A stretch of 51,514 nucleotides of DNA from an uncultured Candidatus Saccharibacteria bacterium (GCA_964356285.1 CAYHGI010000002.1:1-51514); one strand, 5' to 3'. Positions 26,447 to 37,084 are shown, counted from the first letter of the stretch. Notes: generated by a model from the letters alone, not told the origin. A program made the numbers and translations.

Positions 26447-27040
26447 TTATTCCTCCTGTTGATAATAACCAGGCCATATATCTACTAAATCATTTAATGG
26501 CCACAAATGTAAACGCAACAAGGCTCTTCCAGCCAAAAGATCTCTTTTGACCGCTCCCCAATATCTTGAATCGGAACTGCCGCTTCTATTATCACCCATT
26601 ACAAAATATTCATCTCCTTTTAATTCAAAATGGATAGTATTGCTAGAGATGTTTTTTACATAAGGTTCATTAAGTTTAAATCCATCTTTGTGTTTTTCGT
26701 TAGTTATGGTCACAACGCCACCTTTGATATCCACAGTTTCGTTTGGCAGACCGATGATTCTCTTGATAAAAAATTTTGTTGGATCCTTCGGATATTTAAA
26801 GATAACCACGTCATTTCTTTTTGGTTCACTTAGTCTGTAAGATATTTTGTCTATCATCAAATAATTTTTATCCTCAAAAGTCGGCACCATTGAAGCACCG
26901 GAAACTTGGAATGGCTGGATTATGAAAATACGAATAGGAACAACAATCGCTAACGCTATCAGCGCAAAACGCACCAGCTCCCAAAATGATTGCTTGGCAG
27001 ATTGTGGTTTTTCTTCCTCCTCGTTTATTTTGTCTTCCAT
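26447..27040 (-). CDS. lepB: signal peptidase I
   Basis: 'SGASMVPT' and 'GDNRSGSSDSRYWG'. Start set to the ATG at 27040. Confidence 0.85.
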   Translation of the reverse strand: MEDKINEEEEKPQSAKQSFWELVRFALIALAIVVPIRIFIIQPFQVSGASMVPTFEDKNYLMIDKISYRLSEPKRNDVVIFKYPKDPTKFFIKRIIGLPNETVDIKGGVVTITNEKHKDGFKLNEPYVKNISSNTIHFELKGDEYFVMGDNRSGSSDSRYWGAVKRDLLAGRALLRLHLWPLNDLVDIWPGYYQQEE

Positions 27041-27066
27041 CAATGTAAATATAACACAAAAAATTC

Positions 27067-27096
27067 TTGACAATGCGTAAGAGTTTGTTTTATAGT
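27067..27096 (+). promoter_or_regulatory. promoter TTGACA-18-TATAGT, 6 nt before the pth ATG
   Basis: -35 at 27067-27072, -10 at 27091-27096, ATG at 27103. Confidence 0.55.
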
Positions 27097-27102
27097 TTAA
27101 AA

Positions 27103-27648
27103 ATGAAACTAGTTGTTGGTTTAGGAAACCCGGGAAAAGAATATGAAAACACCAGACATAATACCGGGCGTATTCTAGTTGGCTTAATAGAGAAAAAATT
27201 GGAAGATAAAAAAATAAAATTCATCACTCTCGATACCTTTATGAACAATTCCGGCCCCGCCGTCGCTAAAGCTATGGCGAGCAAGAAAGCTTTAAAGGAT
27301 TTGATAGTGATCTATGATGACATTGATTTGCCTTTAGGCAGAATGAAAATTTCTTTCAATCGGTCTTCCGGCGGGCATAACGGCCTGAACTCCATAATTA
27401 AAGCCCTGAAAAGCGAAGAATTTTTGCGCATTCGCGTTGGTATCTCAGCAACCAAGAAATCCGCCCAAGGCGGACTGGCTGTTGCCAGAAAACCGAAAGG
27501 GGAGAAAGCGATAATCAATTTTATTTTAGGCGAATTCAAAAAACCGGAATTGGAAATTCTTAAAAAACTTTCTAAAAAAGTCGCCGAAGCGGTAGAAACT
27601 ATATATTCTGAAGGTTCAGGCAAAGCTATGAGTATGTTTAACAACTAA
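27103..27648 (+). CDS. pth: peptidyl-tRNA hydrolase
   Basis: 'MKLVVGLGNPGKEYENTRHNTG'. Confidence 0.9.
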   Translation: MKLVVGLGNPGKEYENTRHNTGRILVGLIEKKLEDKKIKFITLDTFMNNSGPAVAKAMASKKALKDLIVIYDDIDLPLGRMKISFNRSSGGHNGLNSIIKALKSEEFLRIRVGISATKKSAQGGLAVARKPKGEKAIINFILGEFKKPELEILKKLSKKVAEAVETIYSEGSGKAMSMFNN

Positions 27649-27698
27649 AAGCGATGTCCGCCCGCCTCTGGCGGGAGTTTGTATAATAACTAAAGATT

Positions 27699-27914
27699 CT
27701 ATCTCCCGTACTGTCTATCTCTTTCTCTTCTTTCTTCTTCCAACTCCGCAACTCTTCTTATGGCCTCTTTTGTAATACCTTTTTTCTTCAATTCCTCTCC
27801 TTCTTTCTGTAAATGAGATTCAACTTCTATTTTTTCATCATCACTAAGTTTTTCTTCTTTAAAATTTAAATCCAACTGTCCTCGCGAGAGTCTCTCTATT
27901 TTTGGTTGTCTCAT
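27699..27914 (-). CDS. small charged hypothetical protein (71 aa)
   Basis: ORF only. Glu/Lys/Arg-rich. Confidence 0.4.
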   Translation of the reverse strand: MRQPKIERLSRGQLDLNFKEEKLSDDEKIEVESHLQKEGEELKKKGITKEAIRRVAELEEERRERDRQYGR

Positions 27915-27940
27915 ATTTTTTAAAAAATTAACTAATAAAA

Positions 27941-30900
27941 TCAGACCTCTTTCACTGCTTCTATTATAATGCTCTTTTCGCCGCTACGCAAAGAGACTTT
28001 GCCGGAAAAGGCGATGCATTTTTCAGGAATAAGTATATCAATAGATTCTTTAAAGATGGAAGGGAAGCAGACTGCTTCGATAGATCCGGTCAAGTCTGAA
28101 ATTTTGAGGAAGGCCATTCGTTCGTTATTTTTGGTGATTACCTGCCTAGTAGTTTCTATGATTCCAGCAATTGTTATTTGTGCGCCGTTATGTATACTTG
28201 TTTTTATTTTTTTAATATTTATATCCCGACTTTCCAATTTGTCACGGATACGATCGAGTGGATGTCCGGAAATATAAAGTCCCAACAATTCTTTTTCCCA
28301 AAGCAGTTTTTCGGCCTGCGTTGCTTCCTTGGCGCTTTGTAGTTTGAAATCCGGAACTTTAATAGAAGTAGTTCCGCCAAAAAGAGAAATTTGATTTTCA
28401 TTTTGCCTGTTTATTTCGTGATTATATAGAAGCATCGCTTCCAAATTTGATAACATCACACCCCGATCGCCCCATTCATCCATACAGCCGGATTTAATTA
28501 AGGCTTCCATTGATTTTTTATTCAAATTTTTATGCTTGATTCTGTCCAAGAAGTCGGTAATTGATTTAAATTTCCCGTTTGTTTTTCGTTCACTAATTAT
28601 AGCGTCAGCAATATCTGTGCCAAGGTTTTTTATGGTATAAAGTCCAAATCTTATTTTTTCACTTTTATTTTTGTTGTTGATAATGGTGTCTTTAGCGTTT
28701 GGCAAGCAAGTAAATCCTCCATAGCTCTCATTAATGTGCGGAGGCAGAACCGAAATTTTCATATTTTTGCATTCCTCAATTACTTCTGAAATTTTTTCCA
28801 CATCGCCTGATTCAGCTGTTAAAATAGCAGCCATATATTCAACCGGATAATTTGCTTTCATATAGGCTGTCTGATAAGCGACCTTGCCGTAACTGGCCGC
28901 ATGCGCCTTATTAAATCCGTACGCCTGGAATGGCTCGAAGATTTTCCAAAGTTTTTCGGCGAATTCCGGCGTTTGGCCGTTGGCAATAATTCCCTTAGTG
29001 AATTTTTCTCTCTGAGCCGCCATCTCTGCTGGTATTTTCTTGCCTACCGCCTTGCGGAATTTGTCTGCTTCCTCCCAGTTGTAGCCAGCTAGCTCGATGG
29101 CGCAAAAAAGCAGGTCATCTTGATAAACAATCAGCCCATAGGATTCTCCCAAAAATTTTTTCATCCGCGGATCCAAATATTTCACTAATTCCGGATGATG
29201 TTTTCGTTTAATGTATTCAGGAATGGATTCCATCGGACCCGGGCGATAAAGAGCCACCATGGCATTGATGTCGTGAATGGAAGTGGGCTTCAATTCTTTT
29301 AAGTATCTGGTCATACCGGCGCCGTTCAATTGAAAAAGACCTTCGGTTTGTCCTTTGGCTAAAAGGGAAAAAGTTTTCTTGTCGTTCAATGGCACACGTT
29401 CTATGTCTATATCTACACCGTAAAATCTTTTCACCAAAGAAACTGCATCCGCTAAAATGGCCAAGTTTCTTATGCCCAAAAAATCGAATTTCAAAAGTCC
29501 CGCATCTTCCACGCTATACATGTCATATTGAGTGATGATTTTATTCTCGCCCTTAGGGTCATATTGTAGGGGAACATATTCGGTCAAGGGCAAGGGGCTC
29601 ATCACGACTCCGGCCGCATGCACCGAAATGTGCCTGACGCATCCTTCCAATTTTTTCGCCAAATCTATTATTTTTTTCGTGTCTTTTTCTTTCTCATACG
29701 CTTCTTTTAATTCCGGCACTATTTCCATGGCGTAATCTATGGTCATCGGAATGCCTTGCGAACCCATCGGAATCATTTTGGAAAGTCTATCACCAATAGT
29801 ATATGGATATCCTAGGGCGCGAGCGACATCCCGAACCGCGCCTCGTGCCATCATGGTGCCAAAAGTTCCTATCTGCGCCACTTTATCTTCTCCATATTTA
29901 TTTTTGACATACTCAATCATTTCATCTCGTCGGTTGTCGGCAAAATCCATATCGATATCCGGAGGTGAGGGACGGAACGGATTCAAGAATCTTTCAAAGG
30001 GCAATTTATATTCTAGGGGGTCAACATTGGTAATACCCAACAAATAAGTGACAAGTGAGCCTGCCACCGATCCTCGGATTGTTGTTAAAATTCCATTTTC
30101 TTTCGCGTGTCTTAAAAGATCCCCGACCACTAAAAAGTACGGGGCGTATCCTTTATCCTTGATGATTTTTAATTCATATTCCACTCGTTCTTTTATTTCC
30201 GGCGTTTCTTTTAGATGTAGCCTATCAAAGCCTTGACGAGTCAAAGCGCGTAATTCTTCGTCATAACTTTTTCCACTGGCAATTTTAAAATCGGGGAAAA
30301 CCCATTTTCCTAGTTCCAATTCCAGATTGCACATATCGGCTATTTTCATCGTGTTTTCCACTGCTTCCGGAATATCTTTAAACACTTCCAGCGCTTGTTT
30401 GGTGTCAATGAAGGAAAAATCATCATCCGAGAATTCAAATTTGGCCCCTTCTTTTGCATCCCCTTGAGTGTTAATTTGAAGCAAAGTATGATGGGCATCA
30501 TGATCATCACTGCATGGATAGTGCGAGTCTTGAGTAGCGACAACAGGAATGTTATGTTTTTTTGCAAGCTGGATGAGAGTTTCTCTAACATGCTTGTCAT
30601 TTTCCACCGATGGATGGCGCTGGATTTCTATAAAATAATTTTCTTTGCCAAAAATATCTTGATATTCACGGATAAGTTCATCTGCCTTTGCGGTGTCGTT
30701 TTTAAGTACAGTCTGAGATAATTCTCCGCCAAGACACCCAGAGAGAGCGATGATACCTTTTGAATGTTTCCGTAATATTTCTTTATCCATCCTCGGCTTA
30801 TAATAATATCCCTCCAAGTTTGCGATAGTCACCAGCTTGATTAAATTTTTATAACCTTCCAGATTTTTCGCAAGCAAAATGAGATGATAATAGCGTTTTG

Positions 30901-31153
30901 TACCTCCGGCTTCCGTTGTTCTATCTTTTCGGTTTCCGGCTGTCATGTAGGCCTCTACTCCGATGATGGGTTTTATACCGGCTTTTTTGGCCAGTTTATA
31001 AAATTCAATCGCACCGTACATATTGCCGTGGTCAGTGATAGCCATAGCCGGCATGTTGAATTTCTTCGCGAGATCAACCAAATCTTCCAGCTTTGAAAGC
31101 CCGTCTAGTAACGAATAATGACTATGCGTATGCAAATGTATAAATTGTGTCAT
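27941..31153 (-). CDS. dnaE: DNA polymerase III alpha subunit
   Basis: PHP motif '[15 protein letters not shown]'. Start set to the ATG at 31153 (MTQFIHLH...). Confidence 0.95.
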   Translation of the reverse strand: MTQFIHLHTHSHYSLLDGLSKLEDLVDLAKKFNMPAMAITDHGNMYGAIEFYKLAKKAGIKPIIGVEAYMTAGNRKDRTTEAGGTKRYYHLILLAKNLEGYKNLIKLVTIANLEGYYYKPRMDKEILRKHSKGIIALSGCLGGELSQTVLKNDTAKADELIREYQDIFGKENYFIEIQRHPSVENDKHVRETLIQLAKKHNIPVVATQDSHYPCSDDHDAHHTLLQINTQGDAKEGAKFEFSDDDFSFIDTKQALEVFKDIPEAVENTMKIADMCNLELELGKWVFPDFKIASGKSYDEELRALTRQGFDRLHLKETPEIKERVEYELKIIKDKGYAPYFLVVGDLLRHAKENGILTTIRGSVAGSLVTYLLGITNVDPLEYKLPFERFLNPFRPSPPDIDMDFADNRRDEMIEYVKNKYGEDKVAQIGTFGTMMARGAVRDVARALGYPYTIGDRLSKMIPMGSQGIPMTIDYAMEIVPELKEAYEKEKDTKKIIDLAKKLEGCVRHISVHAAGVVMSPLPLTEYVPLQYDPKGENKIITQYDMYSVEDAGLLKFDFLGIRNLAILADAVSLVKRFYGVDIDIERVPLNDKKTFSLLAKGQTEGLFQLNGAGMTRYLKELKPTSIHDINAMVALYRPGPMESIPEYIKRKHHPELVKYLDPRMKKFLGESYGLIVYQDDLLFCAIELAGYNWEEADKFRKAVGKKIPAEMAAQREKFTKGIIANGQTPEFAEKLWKIFEPFQAYGFNKAHAASYGKVAYQTAYMKANYPVEYMAAILTAESGDVEKISEVIEECKNMKISVLPPHINESYGGFTCLPNAKDTIINNKNKSEKIRFGLYTIKNLGTDIADAIISERKTNGKFKSITDFLDRIKHKNLNKKSMEALIKSGCMDEWGDRGVMLSNLEAMLLYNHEINRQNENQISLFGGTTSIKVPDFKLQSAKEATQAEKLLWEKELLGLYISGHPLDRIRDKLESRDINIKKIKTSIHNGAQITIAGIIETTRQVITKNNERMAFLKISDLTGSIEAVCFPSIFKESIDILIPEKCIAFSGKVSLRSGEKSIIIEAVKEV

Positions 31154-31247
31154 ATATGTCGTGAATGGGTGCCTGCCCCGTAGCCAGAGCAAAGCGATGT
31201 GGTACTGGGGTGAAGGTGTATGAATTTTACGTCTTTTTTAGTTTCGG

Positions 31248-31276
31248 TTGGCATTTTCATCATGATAGCATATAAT
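31248..31276 (+). promoter_or_regulatory. promoter TTGGCA-17-TATAAT, 6 nt before the gap ATG
   Basis: -35 at 31248-31253, -10 at 31271-31276, ATG at 31283. Confidence 0.55.
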
Positions 31277-31282
31277 TAAAGC

Positions 31283-32305
31283 ATGAGAAAAATCAAAGTC
31301 GGCATTAATGGTTTTGGCAGAATTGGGCGGGCTTTTTTGAAAGTAGCTTGGGAGAGGTCGGAGATTGAAATTATAGCAGTCAATGATTTAGGCAGTGTAG
31401 AAAACATGGCATACCTTTTGAAATATGACACAGTGTACCGAGAATGGAAGCATGAAGTGAAAGTAGCTGGGCAGGAAATAATCATTGACGGCAAAAAAAT
31501 AAAAGTGTTGGCAGAAAAAGAGCCAAATAAACTTCCATGGAAAGATTTGGGTGTGGATGTGGTAGTGGAATCAACCGGGCTTTTTGTGACTTATGATAAA
31601 GCAAAAGTACACCTCGATGCAGGCGCAAAAAAAGTTGTTATCTCTGCTCCGGCCAAGGAAGGGGACGGAAGCGTAATGGGGGAGACGATTTTAATGGGAG
31701 TCAATGAAGATAAATTTGGCACCTGTGATATTACTTCCAATGCTTCTTGCACTACCAACGCCGCTTCGCCCCTTATTGCGATTTTGGATGAAGCTCTTGG
31801 AATTGATAAGGCCATTTTGAATACAGTGCATGGATATACCGCCAGCCAGTCTATTGTAGATGGGCCAAACAAAAAGGATTTTCGCGAAGGCCGAGCCGCA
31901 GCGCAAAATATCGTGCCCTCTTCTACCGGTGCAGCCATTGCGGTTACCAAGGCGTTTACCAAATTGGAAGGACTTTTCGATGGAATTTCCGTGCGCGTGC
32001 CCGTTGTGGCCGGATCAATTGTAGATATAACTTTTATTTCCAAAAAAGCTACCAGTAAAGAAGAAGTAAATGAAATTCTCAAAAAAGCGGCCAAAGAAAA
32101 AAGATGGGAGGGGATTTTTAGCGTCACGGAAGAGGAATTAGTATCGTCTGATATATTAGGAAGTTCCTATGGATCTATCGCTGATCTCAAAATGACCCGG
32201 GTAGTCGGTGGCAACTTAATAAAAGTCATGGGCTGGTATGACAACGAAATGGGGTATACGTACACGCTGGTGGATCACGTAATTAAAACTGGGCAGACGA
32301 TATAA
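31283..32305 (+). CDS. gap: type I glyceraldehyde-3-phosphate dehydrogenase
   Basis: 'INGFGRIGR' and active site 'SNASCTTN'. Confidence 0.95.
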   Translation: MRKIKVGINGFGRIGRAFLKVAWERSEIEIIAVNDLGSVENMAYLLKYDTVYREWKHEVKVAGQEIIIDGKKIKVLAEKEPNKLPWKDLGVDVVVESTGLFVTYDKAKVHLDAGAKKVVISAPAKEGDGSVMGETILMGVNEDKFGTCDITSNASCTTNAASPLIAILDEALGIDKAILNTVHGYTASQSIVDGPNKKDFREGRAAAQNIVPSSTGAAIAVTKAFTKLEGLFDGISVRVPVVAGSIVDITFISKKATSKEEVNEILKKAAKEKRWEGIFSVTEEELVSSDILGSSYGSIADLKMTRVVGGNLIKVMGWYDNEMGYTYTLVDHVIKTGQTI

Positions 32306-32310
32306 ATAAA

Positions 32311-32523
32311 ATGCAAAAAAGATATTGGTTGCGAGGGGGTGTAGTTGGGGCTGTTTTTTATGCGATTTGTTTTTTAATAGCATATGCCTTTGAAACCCAG
32401 AATCCAAATTCTACGGCAAGTGGAATTGGATTACTTGTTGTAATGATATTTTCTTTGCCAGTTATTCCTGTAGGATTCTTTCTTGGCTGGCTTTACGGAA
32501 AAATTAAAAATAAAAATAGATAA
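32311..32523 (+). CDS. small membrane protein (70 aa, two predicted TM helices)
   Basis: Hydrophobic ORF directly after gap. Confidence 0.5.
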   Translation: MQKRYWLRGGVVGAVFYAICFLIAYAFETQNPNSTASGIGLLVVMIFSLPVIPVGFFLGWLYGKIKNKNR

Positions 32524-32524
32524 T

Positions 32525-32545
32525 GAGCAAGGGTAGTCCTTGCTC
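32525..32545. repeat. 21-nt perfect palindrome GAGCAAGG-GTAGT-CCTTGCTC, intergenic copy
   Basis: Identical to 45302-45322 and to the reverse complement of 41890-41910. It starts 2 nt after the stop at 32523. Confidence 0.9.
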
Positions 32546-32584
32546 AAGTAATAGGAAAACATCTGTAAAATGGTATAATGTGGT

Positions 32585-33133
32585 ATGCAAAATATTGACG
32601 AAATTAGCAAAGAACGAGCCATAAAACTTTTCGGCAGTCAAAAAATTGAAAGTTTTGAAATCGGCACTACCAAGGGTTTGCAACAAATTCACAAATACTT
32701 GTTTGAAGGGCTTTATGATTTCGCTGGACAAATGCGCGTAAAAGATATAAGCAAAAGCGGTTTTCGATTCACTTCTTTTTTATATCTGGTTGAAAGTTTA
32801 GCTAGAATCGGAGAAATGCCGGAAAGTACTTTTGAAGAAATTGTGGCCAAATATGTGGAAATGAATATCGCTCATCCGTTTATGGAAGGCAACGGCAGGG
32901 CTATGCGCATTTGGCTTGATTTGATTTTTAAAAAAAATCTCAAACAATGCGTTGATTGGGCCAAGATCGACAAAGCCAACTATTTGAACGCCATGCAGCG
33001 CAGTCCAGTGAACGACCTCGAGATTCGCGAGCTTTTACGCCTCGCCTTGACTGATAAAATTGATGACCGCGAAGTGTTTATCAAGGGCGTAGAGCGGTCG
33101 TATTATTATGAAGAAGAAGATTTTTATAAGTAG
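32585..33133 (+). CDS. fic: Fic family protein (AMPylase-type Fido domain)
   Basis: Canonical motif '[12 protein letters not shown]' (HxFx[D/E]GNGRxxR). Confidence 0.85.
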   Translation: MQNIDEISKERAIKLFGSQKIESFEIGTTKGLQQIHKYLFEGLYDFAGQMRVKDISKSGFRFTSFLYLVESLARIGEMPESTFEEIVAKYVEMNIAHPFMEGNGRAMRIWLDLIFKKNLKQCVDWAKIDKANYLNAMQRSPVNDLEIRELLRLALTDKIDDREVFIKGVERSYYYEEEDFYK

Positions 33134-33142
33134 TATAAAAAT

Positions 33143-33622
33143 ATGAAAATTTTTATTGGAACAGATCATGCGGGGTATGTGTTAAAAGAACATCTAGTGC
33201 GTTGTTTGAAAGGAGAAGGATATGAAGTCATAGACAAAGGTGCTTACGAATATAACGAACAAGATGATTATCCTGATTTTGTTATTCCAGTGGCGCAAGA
33301 AGTTTCCAAAGATCCAGACAGAGCAAGAGGCATAATTCTCGGCGGCACCGGAGAAGGAGAAGCTATTGCCGCAAATAAATTTCCTCATGTTCGGGCGGTT
33401 GTTTTTTACGGTCATGCAAAACCTGTGGTAGATGATGAATCAAACATCATAGTCAGATCCAGACAGCACAACGATTCAAATATTCTGTCCCTCGGGGCGC
33501 GCTTTTTGACCGAGGATCAAATGATGGCGGCAGTAGATGAGTGGCTCAAAACCCCGTATTCCGGCTCTGAAAGGCATGTCCGCCGATTGGCAAAGATAGA
33601 TAAGATTAGCGAGCCAAAATAA
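33143..33622 (+). CDS. rpiB: ribose-5-phosphate isomerase B
   Basis: 'MKIFIGTDHAGYVLKEHL' and 'GTGEGEAIAANK'. Confidence 0.85.
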   Translation: MKIFIGTDHAGYVLKEHLVRCLKGEGYEVIDKGAYEYNEQDDYPDFVIPVAQEVSKDPDRARGIILGGTGEGEAIAANKFPHVRAVVFYGHAKPVVDDESNIIVRSRQHNDSNILSLGARFLTEDQMMAAVDEWLKTPYSGSERHVRRLAKIDKISEPK

Positions 33623-33631
33623 TTTGATTAA

Positions 33632-34432
33632 ATGGAACATAAATCCAAGGAATTGAAAATAGCGATAAAGGCGGCGCTGCAAGCAGGTAAAGTTCTGGAA
33701 AAACATCTTAAGACGGATATATTCAAAGGAATTAAAGACGATAAAAGCATCAGTGTCGTTGCTGACAGTGAATCTGAAGAAGTTATAAAAAAAATAATAT
33801 CTTCCGCTTTTCCCAAGCATTCTATTTTAGGTGAAGAAACGGGAATGACGGGTAGCGGAAGCGATTATGTCTGGCATATTGATCCAGTAGATGGGACAAG
33901 AAATTTTGCCCACGGTATTCCTTTTTTTGCTATCTCGGTCGCGCTTATTTATAAAAACGATTTGCAGGTTGGAGTGGTTTATAATCCCGCCACTCTTTCT
34001 CTTTTTTATGCAGAAAGAAATAAAGGGGCTTACCTGAATGACAAAAGGATTTTTGTATCAAAAGATGGTATAGAACGCAGTATGATTACGGCTTCCAGAG
34101 GAAAGGGTAAATCTGATGAAAAACTTTTTAGGGAATTAATGTATGATTTGCCGATGGGTGTAGTTGCTTCAGTTCGTGATTTTGGGTGTGTAGCTCTTGA
34201 CTTATCTTTCGTAGCCCAGGGAGCCATGGAGGCCAATATAAATCTTGGTTTGAGGAGTTATGATTTTGCCGCAGGCATTCTTATTGTCAAAGAAGCGGGT
34301 GGTAAAATAACCAAGCTAGATGGTAGTCCTTGGAGTTTTCCAGAGAATTATTTTATCGCTTCAAACGGTGTTTTCCATGATTTGCTTGTGGAAGAAGTTA
34401 AAAAACAAAAGGCAAAGTTAAATATGAATTAG
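33632..34432 (+). CDS. inositol monophosphatase family protein
   Basis: 'WHIDPVDGTRNF' and 'GEE' metal motifs. Confidence 0.8.
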   Translation: MEHKSKELKIAIKAALQAGKVLEKHLKTDIFKGIKDDKSISVVADSESEEVIKKIISSAFPKHSILGEETGMTGSGSDYVWHIDPVDGTRNFAHGIPFFAISVALIYKNDLQVGVVYNPATLSLFYAERNKGAYLNDKRIFVSKDGIERSMITASRGKGKSDEKLFRELMYDLPMGVVASVRDFGCVALDLSFVAQGAMEANINLGLRSYDFAAGILIVKEAGGKITKLDGSPWSFPENYFIASNGVFHDLLVEEVKKQKAKLNMN

Positions 34433-34436
34433 AAAT

Positions 34437-35135
34437 ATGAGCGAAATAATACCGGCAATTTTAGAAAAAAATTTTAATGAAATAAAAAACAAACTCACCG
34501 CTTTGCGTGAGCAAACAAAATGCGTGCATATAGATATCTGCGATGGCGTAGCGGTGCAAAGCCAGTCTTGGCCCTTTGCTTCCGGCGGGTTTGAAGATTT
34601 TGATTTCAGAAAAATTATAAACGAAGAAGAGGGTATGCCTTTTTGGCAGGATTTTGATTTTGAATTCGATCTGATGGTAGCGGATGCGGTGGAAAATTTT
34701 GATTTATATATGAAATTGGGCCCAAAGAGACTTATTTTTCACCCCAAGTTTGACCAAAATACAGAAGAATTCGAACATTTTTTAGAGGGATTAGATTTAT
34801 ATATCAGAGACAATGTGCAAATTGGAGTGGCTTTTTTACCGAGTGATGATCTCGTACTAGTATCAAAAATATCTCATAAAGTGGATTTCTTGCATTGCAT
34901 GGGTTCGGACAGGATTGGATTTCAAGGCGAAACTTTTTCCAATCAAGTTCTAGAAAACATAAAATTGCTCAAAAAAAATCTGCCCGGAATAGTGATATCC
35001 GTGGATATAGGCGTGAATCTGCAAAACGCCCAGAGTATTTTGGATGCCAGCGCGGACAGGATTACCGTAGGTTCCAGTATCTGGAAAAGCGCTGACCCGA
35101 TCGGCGCGCTCCAAACTTTCCAAAGTTTGGTATAA
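34437..35135 (+). CDS. divergent ribulose-phosphate 3-epimerase-like protein
   Basis: 'HIDICDG', 'DLMV', 'VDFLHCMGSDRIGFQGETF', 'ISVDIGVN' and 'ITVGSSIW' are collinear with Rpe motifs. Extra acidic insert. Confidence 0.6.
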   Translation: MSEIIPAILEKNFNEIKNKLTALREQTKCVHIDICDGVAVQSQSWPFASGGFEDFDFRKIINEEEGMPFWQDFDFEFDLMVADAVENFDLYMKLGPKRLIFHPKFDQNTEEFEHFLEGLDLYIRDNVQIGVAFLPSDDLVLVSKISHKVDFLHCMGSDRIGFQGETFSNQVLENIKLLKKNLPGIVISVDIGVNLQNAQSILDASADRITVGSSIWKSADPIGALQTFQSLV

Positions 35136-35157
35136 CCCGGTAGTAGAGCTTTTTTCT

Positions 35158-35186
35158 TTGATAAAAGTCTCACTACCGGGTATAAT
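35158..35186 (+). promoter_or_regulatory. promoter TTGATA-17-TATAAT, 7 nt before the tkt-N ATG
   Basis: -35 at 35158-35163, -10 at 35181-35186, ATG at 35194. Embedded in the inverted repeat 35135-35181. Confidence 0.55.
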
Positions 35187-35193
35187 AGTGATA

Positions 35194-36057
35194 ATGTTTT
35201 TATCTGACGAAAAAATTATAGATCTAGAAAAGAAAGTGAATGATATTCGTCAGTCTATTATTTCCATGTTGGTGGAAGCGGGAAGCGGACACACCGCCGG
35301 ACCGCTCGGGATGGCGGATGTTTTTACCCTTTTTTATTTTCACGTTTTAAAGCATGATCCGAAAAAGCCGGATTGGGAAGAGCGGGATAGGCTAGTGCTT
35401 AGCAACGGCCATATATGCCCGGTTCTCTATGCCACCATGGCGCACGCCGGGTATTTTCCGTTGGAAGAACTAAAAACTTTGCGCAAATTCGGTACTCGTT
35501 TGCAAGGACATCCGCACCGCGAATATCTGCCGTATGTGGAAACCTCCTCCGGACCGCTCGGTCTCGGGCTTTCACAGGCAATCGGCATGGCTCTAGCTGA
35601 CAGAATGGACGGCAAGGACAAAGACCGGTTCATTTATTGTTTTATGTCCGATGGAGAACAAGATGAAGGGAACTCATGGGAAGCTATCATGTTTGCCGGA
35701 AAAAATAAACTGCGAAATTTAATCGCGGTAGTGGATAGAAATAATATCCAGATAGATGGCTTCACGGAAAATGTTATGCCGCTTGAGCCTTTAGTCGACA
35801 AGTGGCGGGCGTTTAATTGGCACGTGATAGAAGTCGGGGGGCATGATTTTAAAGCTTTGAACGAAGCGGTGGAAGAAGCGCAGGCGGTTTACGAAAAACC
35901 AACAGTTATTATCGCGCACACGATTCCGGGTAAGGGAGTGAAAGAATTCGAAAGAGATTATAAATGGCATGGCAAGCCGCCAACAAAGGAAGAAGCTAAA
36001 ATGGCACTGGATGAGCTTCGCACTTTGGGCGGGAAAATTAAAAGCGAACATCAATAA
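35194..36057 (+). CDS. transketolase, N-terminal (PP-domain) subunit
   Basis: 'GSGHTAGPLGMADV' and 'SDGEQDEGNSWEA'. Start set to the ATG at 35194. Confidence 0.85.
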   Translation: MFLSDEKIIDLEKKVNDIRQSIISMLVEAGSGHTAGPLGMADVFTLFYFHVLKHDPKKPDWEERDRLVLSNGHICPVLYATMAHAGYFPLEELKTLRKFGTRLQGHPHREYLPYVETSSGPLGLGLSQAIGMALADRMDGKDKDRFIYCFMSDGEQDEGNSWEAIMFAGKNKLRNLIAVVDRNNIQIDGFTENVMPLEPLVDKWRAFNWHVIEVGGHDFKALNEAVEEAQAVYEKPTVIIAHTIPGKGVKEFERDYKWHGKPPTKEEAKMALDELRTLGGKIKSEHQ

Positions 36058-36079
36058 TAAGTACGCCTGCGACAATTTT

Positions 36080-37075
36080 ATGTTAAACCCAAAATTAAAA
36101 CTTAATCCGAAAATTTTCAACAACGATGTTGAGCAAGTGCCTATTCGAAAAGGTTTCGGCGAGGGGTTGGTTAAAGCAGGAGAGGAAAATTCACAGGTTG
36201 TTGCCCTTTGCGCGGACTTAACTGAAAGCACCCAGATGAATTTTTTCAAAGAAAAATTTCCGGAACGTTTTGTAGAGGTCGGGGTGGCGGAGCAAAATTT
36301 AGTTACCATCGCTTCCGGTATGGCGGCGATGGGCAAGATTCCTTTTTGTTCTTCGTACGCCATGTTCTCTCCAGGAAGAAACTGGGAACAGATAAGAACG
36401 ACTATCGCTTATAACGATCGGCCGGTAAAAATAGTCGGCTCGCATGCAGGTATTTCCGTCGGTCCAGATGGTGGAACACATCAGGCGCTGGAAGACATAG
36501 CCCTAATGCGGGTGATGCCAAACATGGATGTAATTTCTCCATGTGATGCCACAGAAGCCAGAAAAGCGACTTTGGCGCTGGCAAAAACAGGCAAGCCGGC
36601 ATATCTGCGTTTGGCCCGTGAAAAAACTCCCATTATTACTACCGAAGAAACTCCTTTTGCGCTCGGTAAAGCGGAAATTTACTGGATGCCGGATGTTGGG
36701 ATGGCGCAAGTGGGAATAATTGTTACAGGGGATCTGATGCATCGCGCCTTGCTGGCGGCGAAAGAGCTGGAGGCGGAAGGTATAAAAACAAAAGTTATGA
36801 ATCTGGCCACTATAAAACCGCTTGACGTAAATACTATTGTCGCTCTTGCCAAAGAAACTAAAAGGATTGTGACAGTTGAAGAGCACCAAATTATCGGGGG
36901 AATGGGTTCGGCTGCGGCAGAAGTTCTCGTTCAAAATTTTCCCGTGCCGATGGAATTTGTCGGAGTTCAGGATAAATTCGGTCAGTCCGGTACGCCGGAC
37001 GAGCTGGTGGAACATTATGGTATGGGCAAAAATGCTATCAAAGAAGCGGTAAAAAAAGTTTTAGATAGAAAATAG
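36080..37075 (+). CDS. transketolase, C-terminal (Pyr + C-domain) subunit
   Basis: 'FVEVGVAEQNLV' and 'GPDGGTHQALEDIALMR'. Start set to the ATG at 36080. Confidence 0.85.
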   Translation: MLNPKLKLNPKIFNNDVEQVPIRKGFGEGLVKAGEENSQVVALCADLTESTQMNFFKEKFPERFVEVGVAEQNLVTIASGMAAMGKIPFCSSYAMFSPGRNWEQIRTTIAYNDRPVKIVGSHAGISVGPDGGTHQALEDIALMRVMPNMDVISPCDATEARKATLALAKTGKPAYLRLAREKTPIITTEETPFALGKAEIYWMPDVGMAQVGIIVTGDLMHRALLAAKELEAEGIKTKVMNLATIKPLDVNTIVALAKETKRIVTVEEHQIIGGMGSAAAEVLVQNFPVPMEFVGVQDKFGQSGTPDELVEHYGMGKNAIKEAVKKVLDRK

Positions 37076-37084
37076 AAAATAGAA

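Noticed and set aside
31154-31282. Possible degenerate copy of the leuS element upstream of dnaE (minus strand TTCACCCCAG..., plus an imperfect CCCCGTAGCCA/TGGTACTGGGG pairing)
   Set aside because: Only a 9-nt match to the element 5' arm. The CCCTCTCC/GAGAGGG core is absent and the stem has several mismatches. This is insufficient to call a copy.
35194-37075. Split transketolase as a novelty
   Set aside because: Two-gene (N- and C-subunit) transketolases are well known in archaea and many bacteria. This is ordinary core metabolism.
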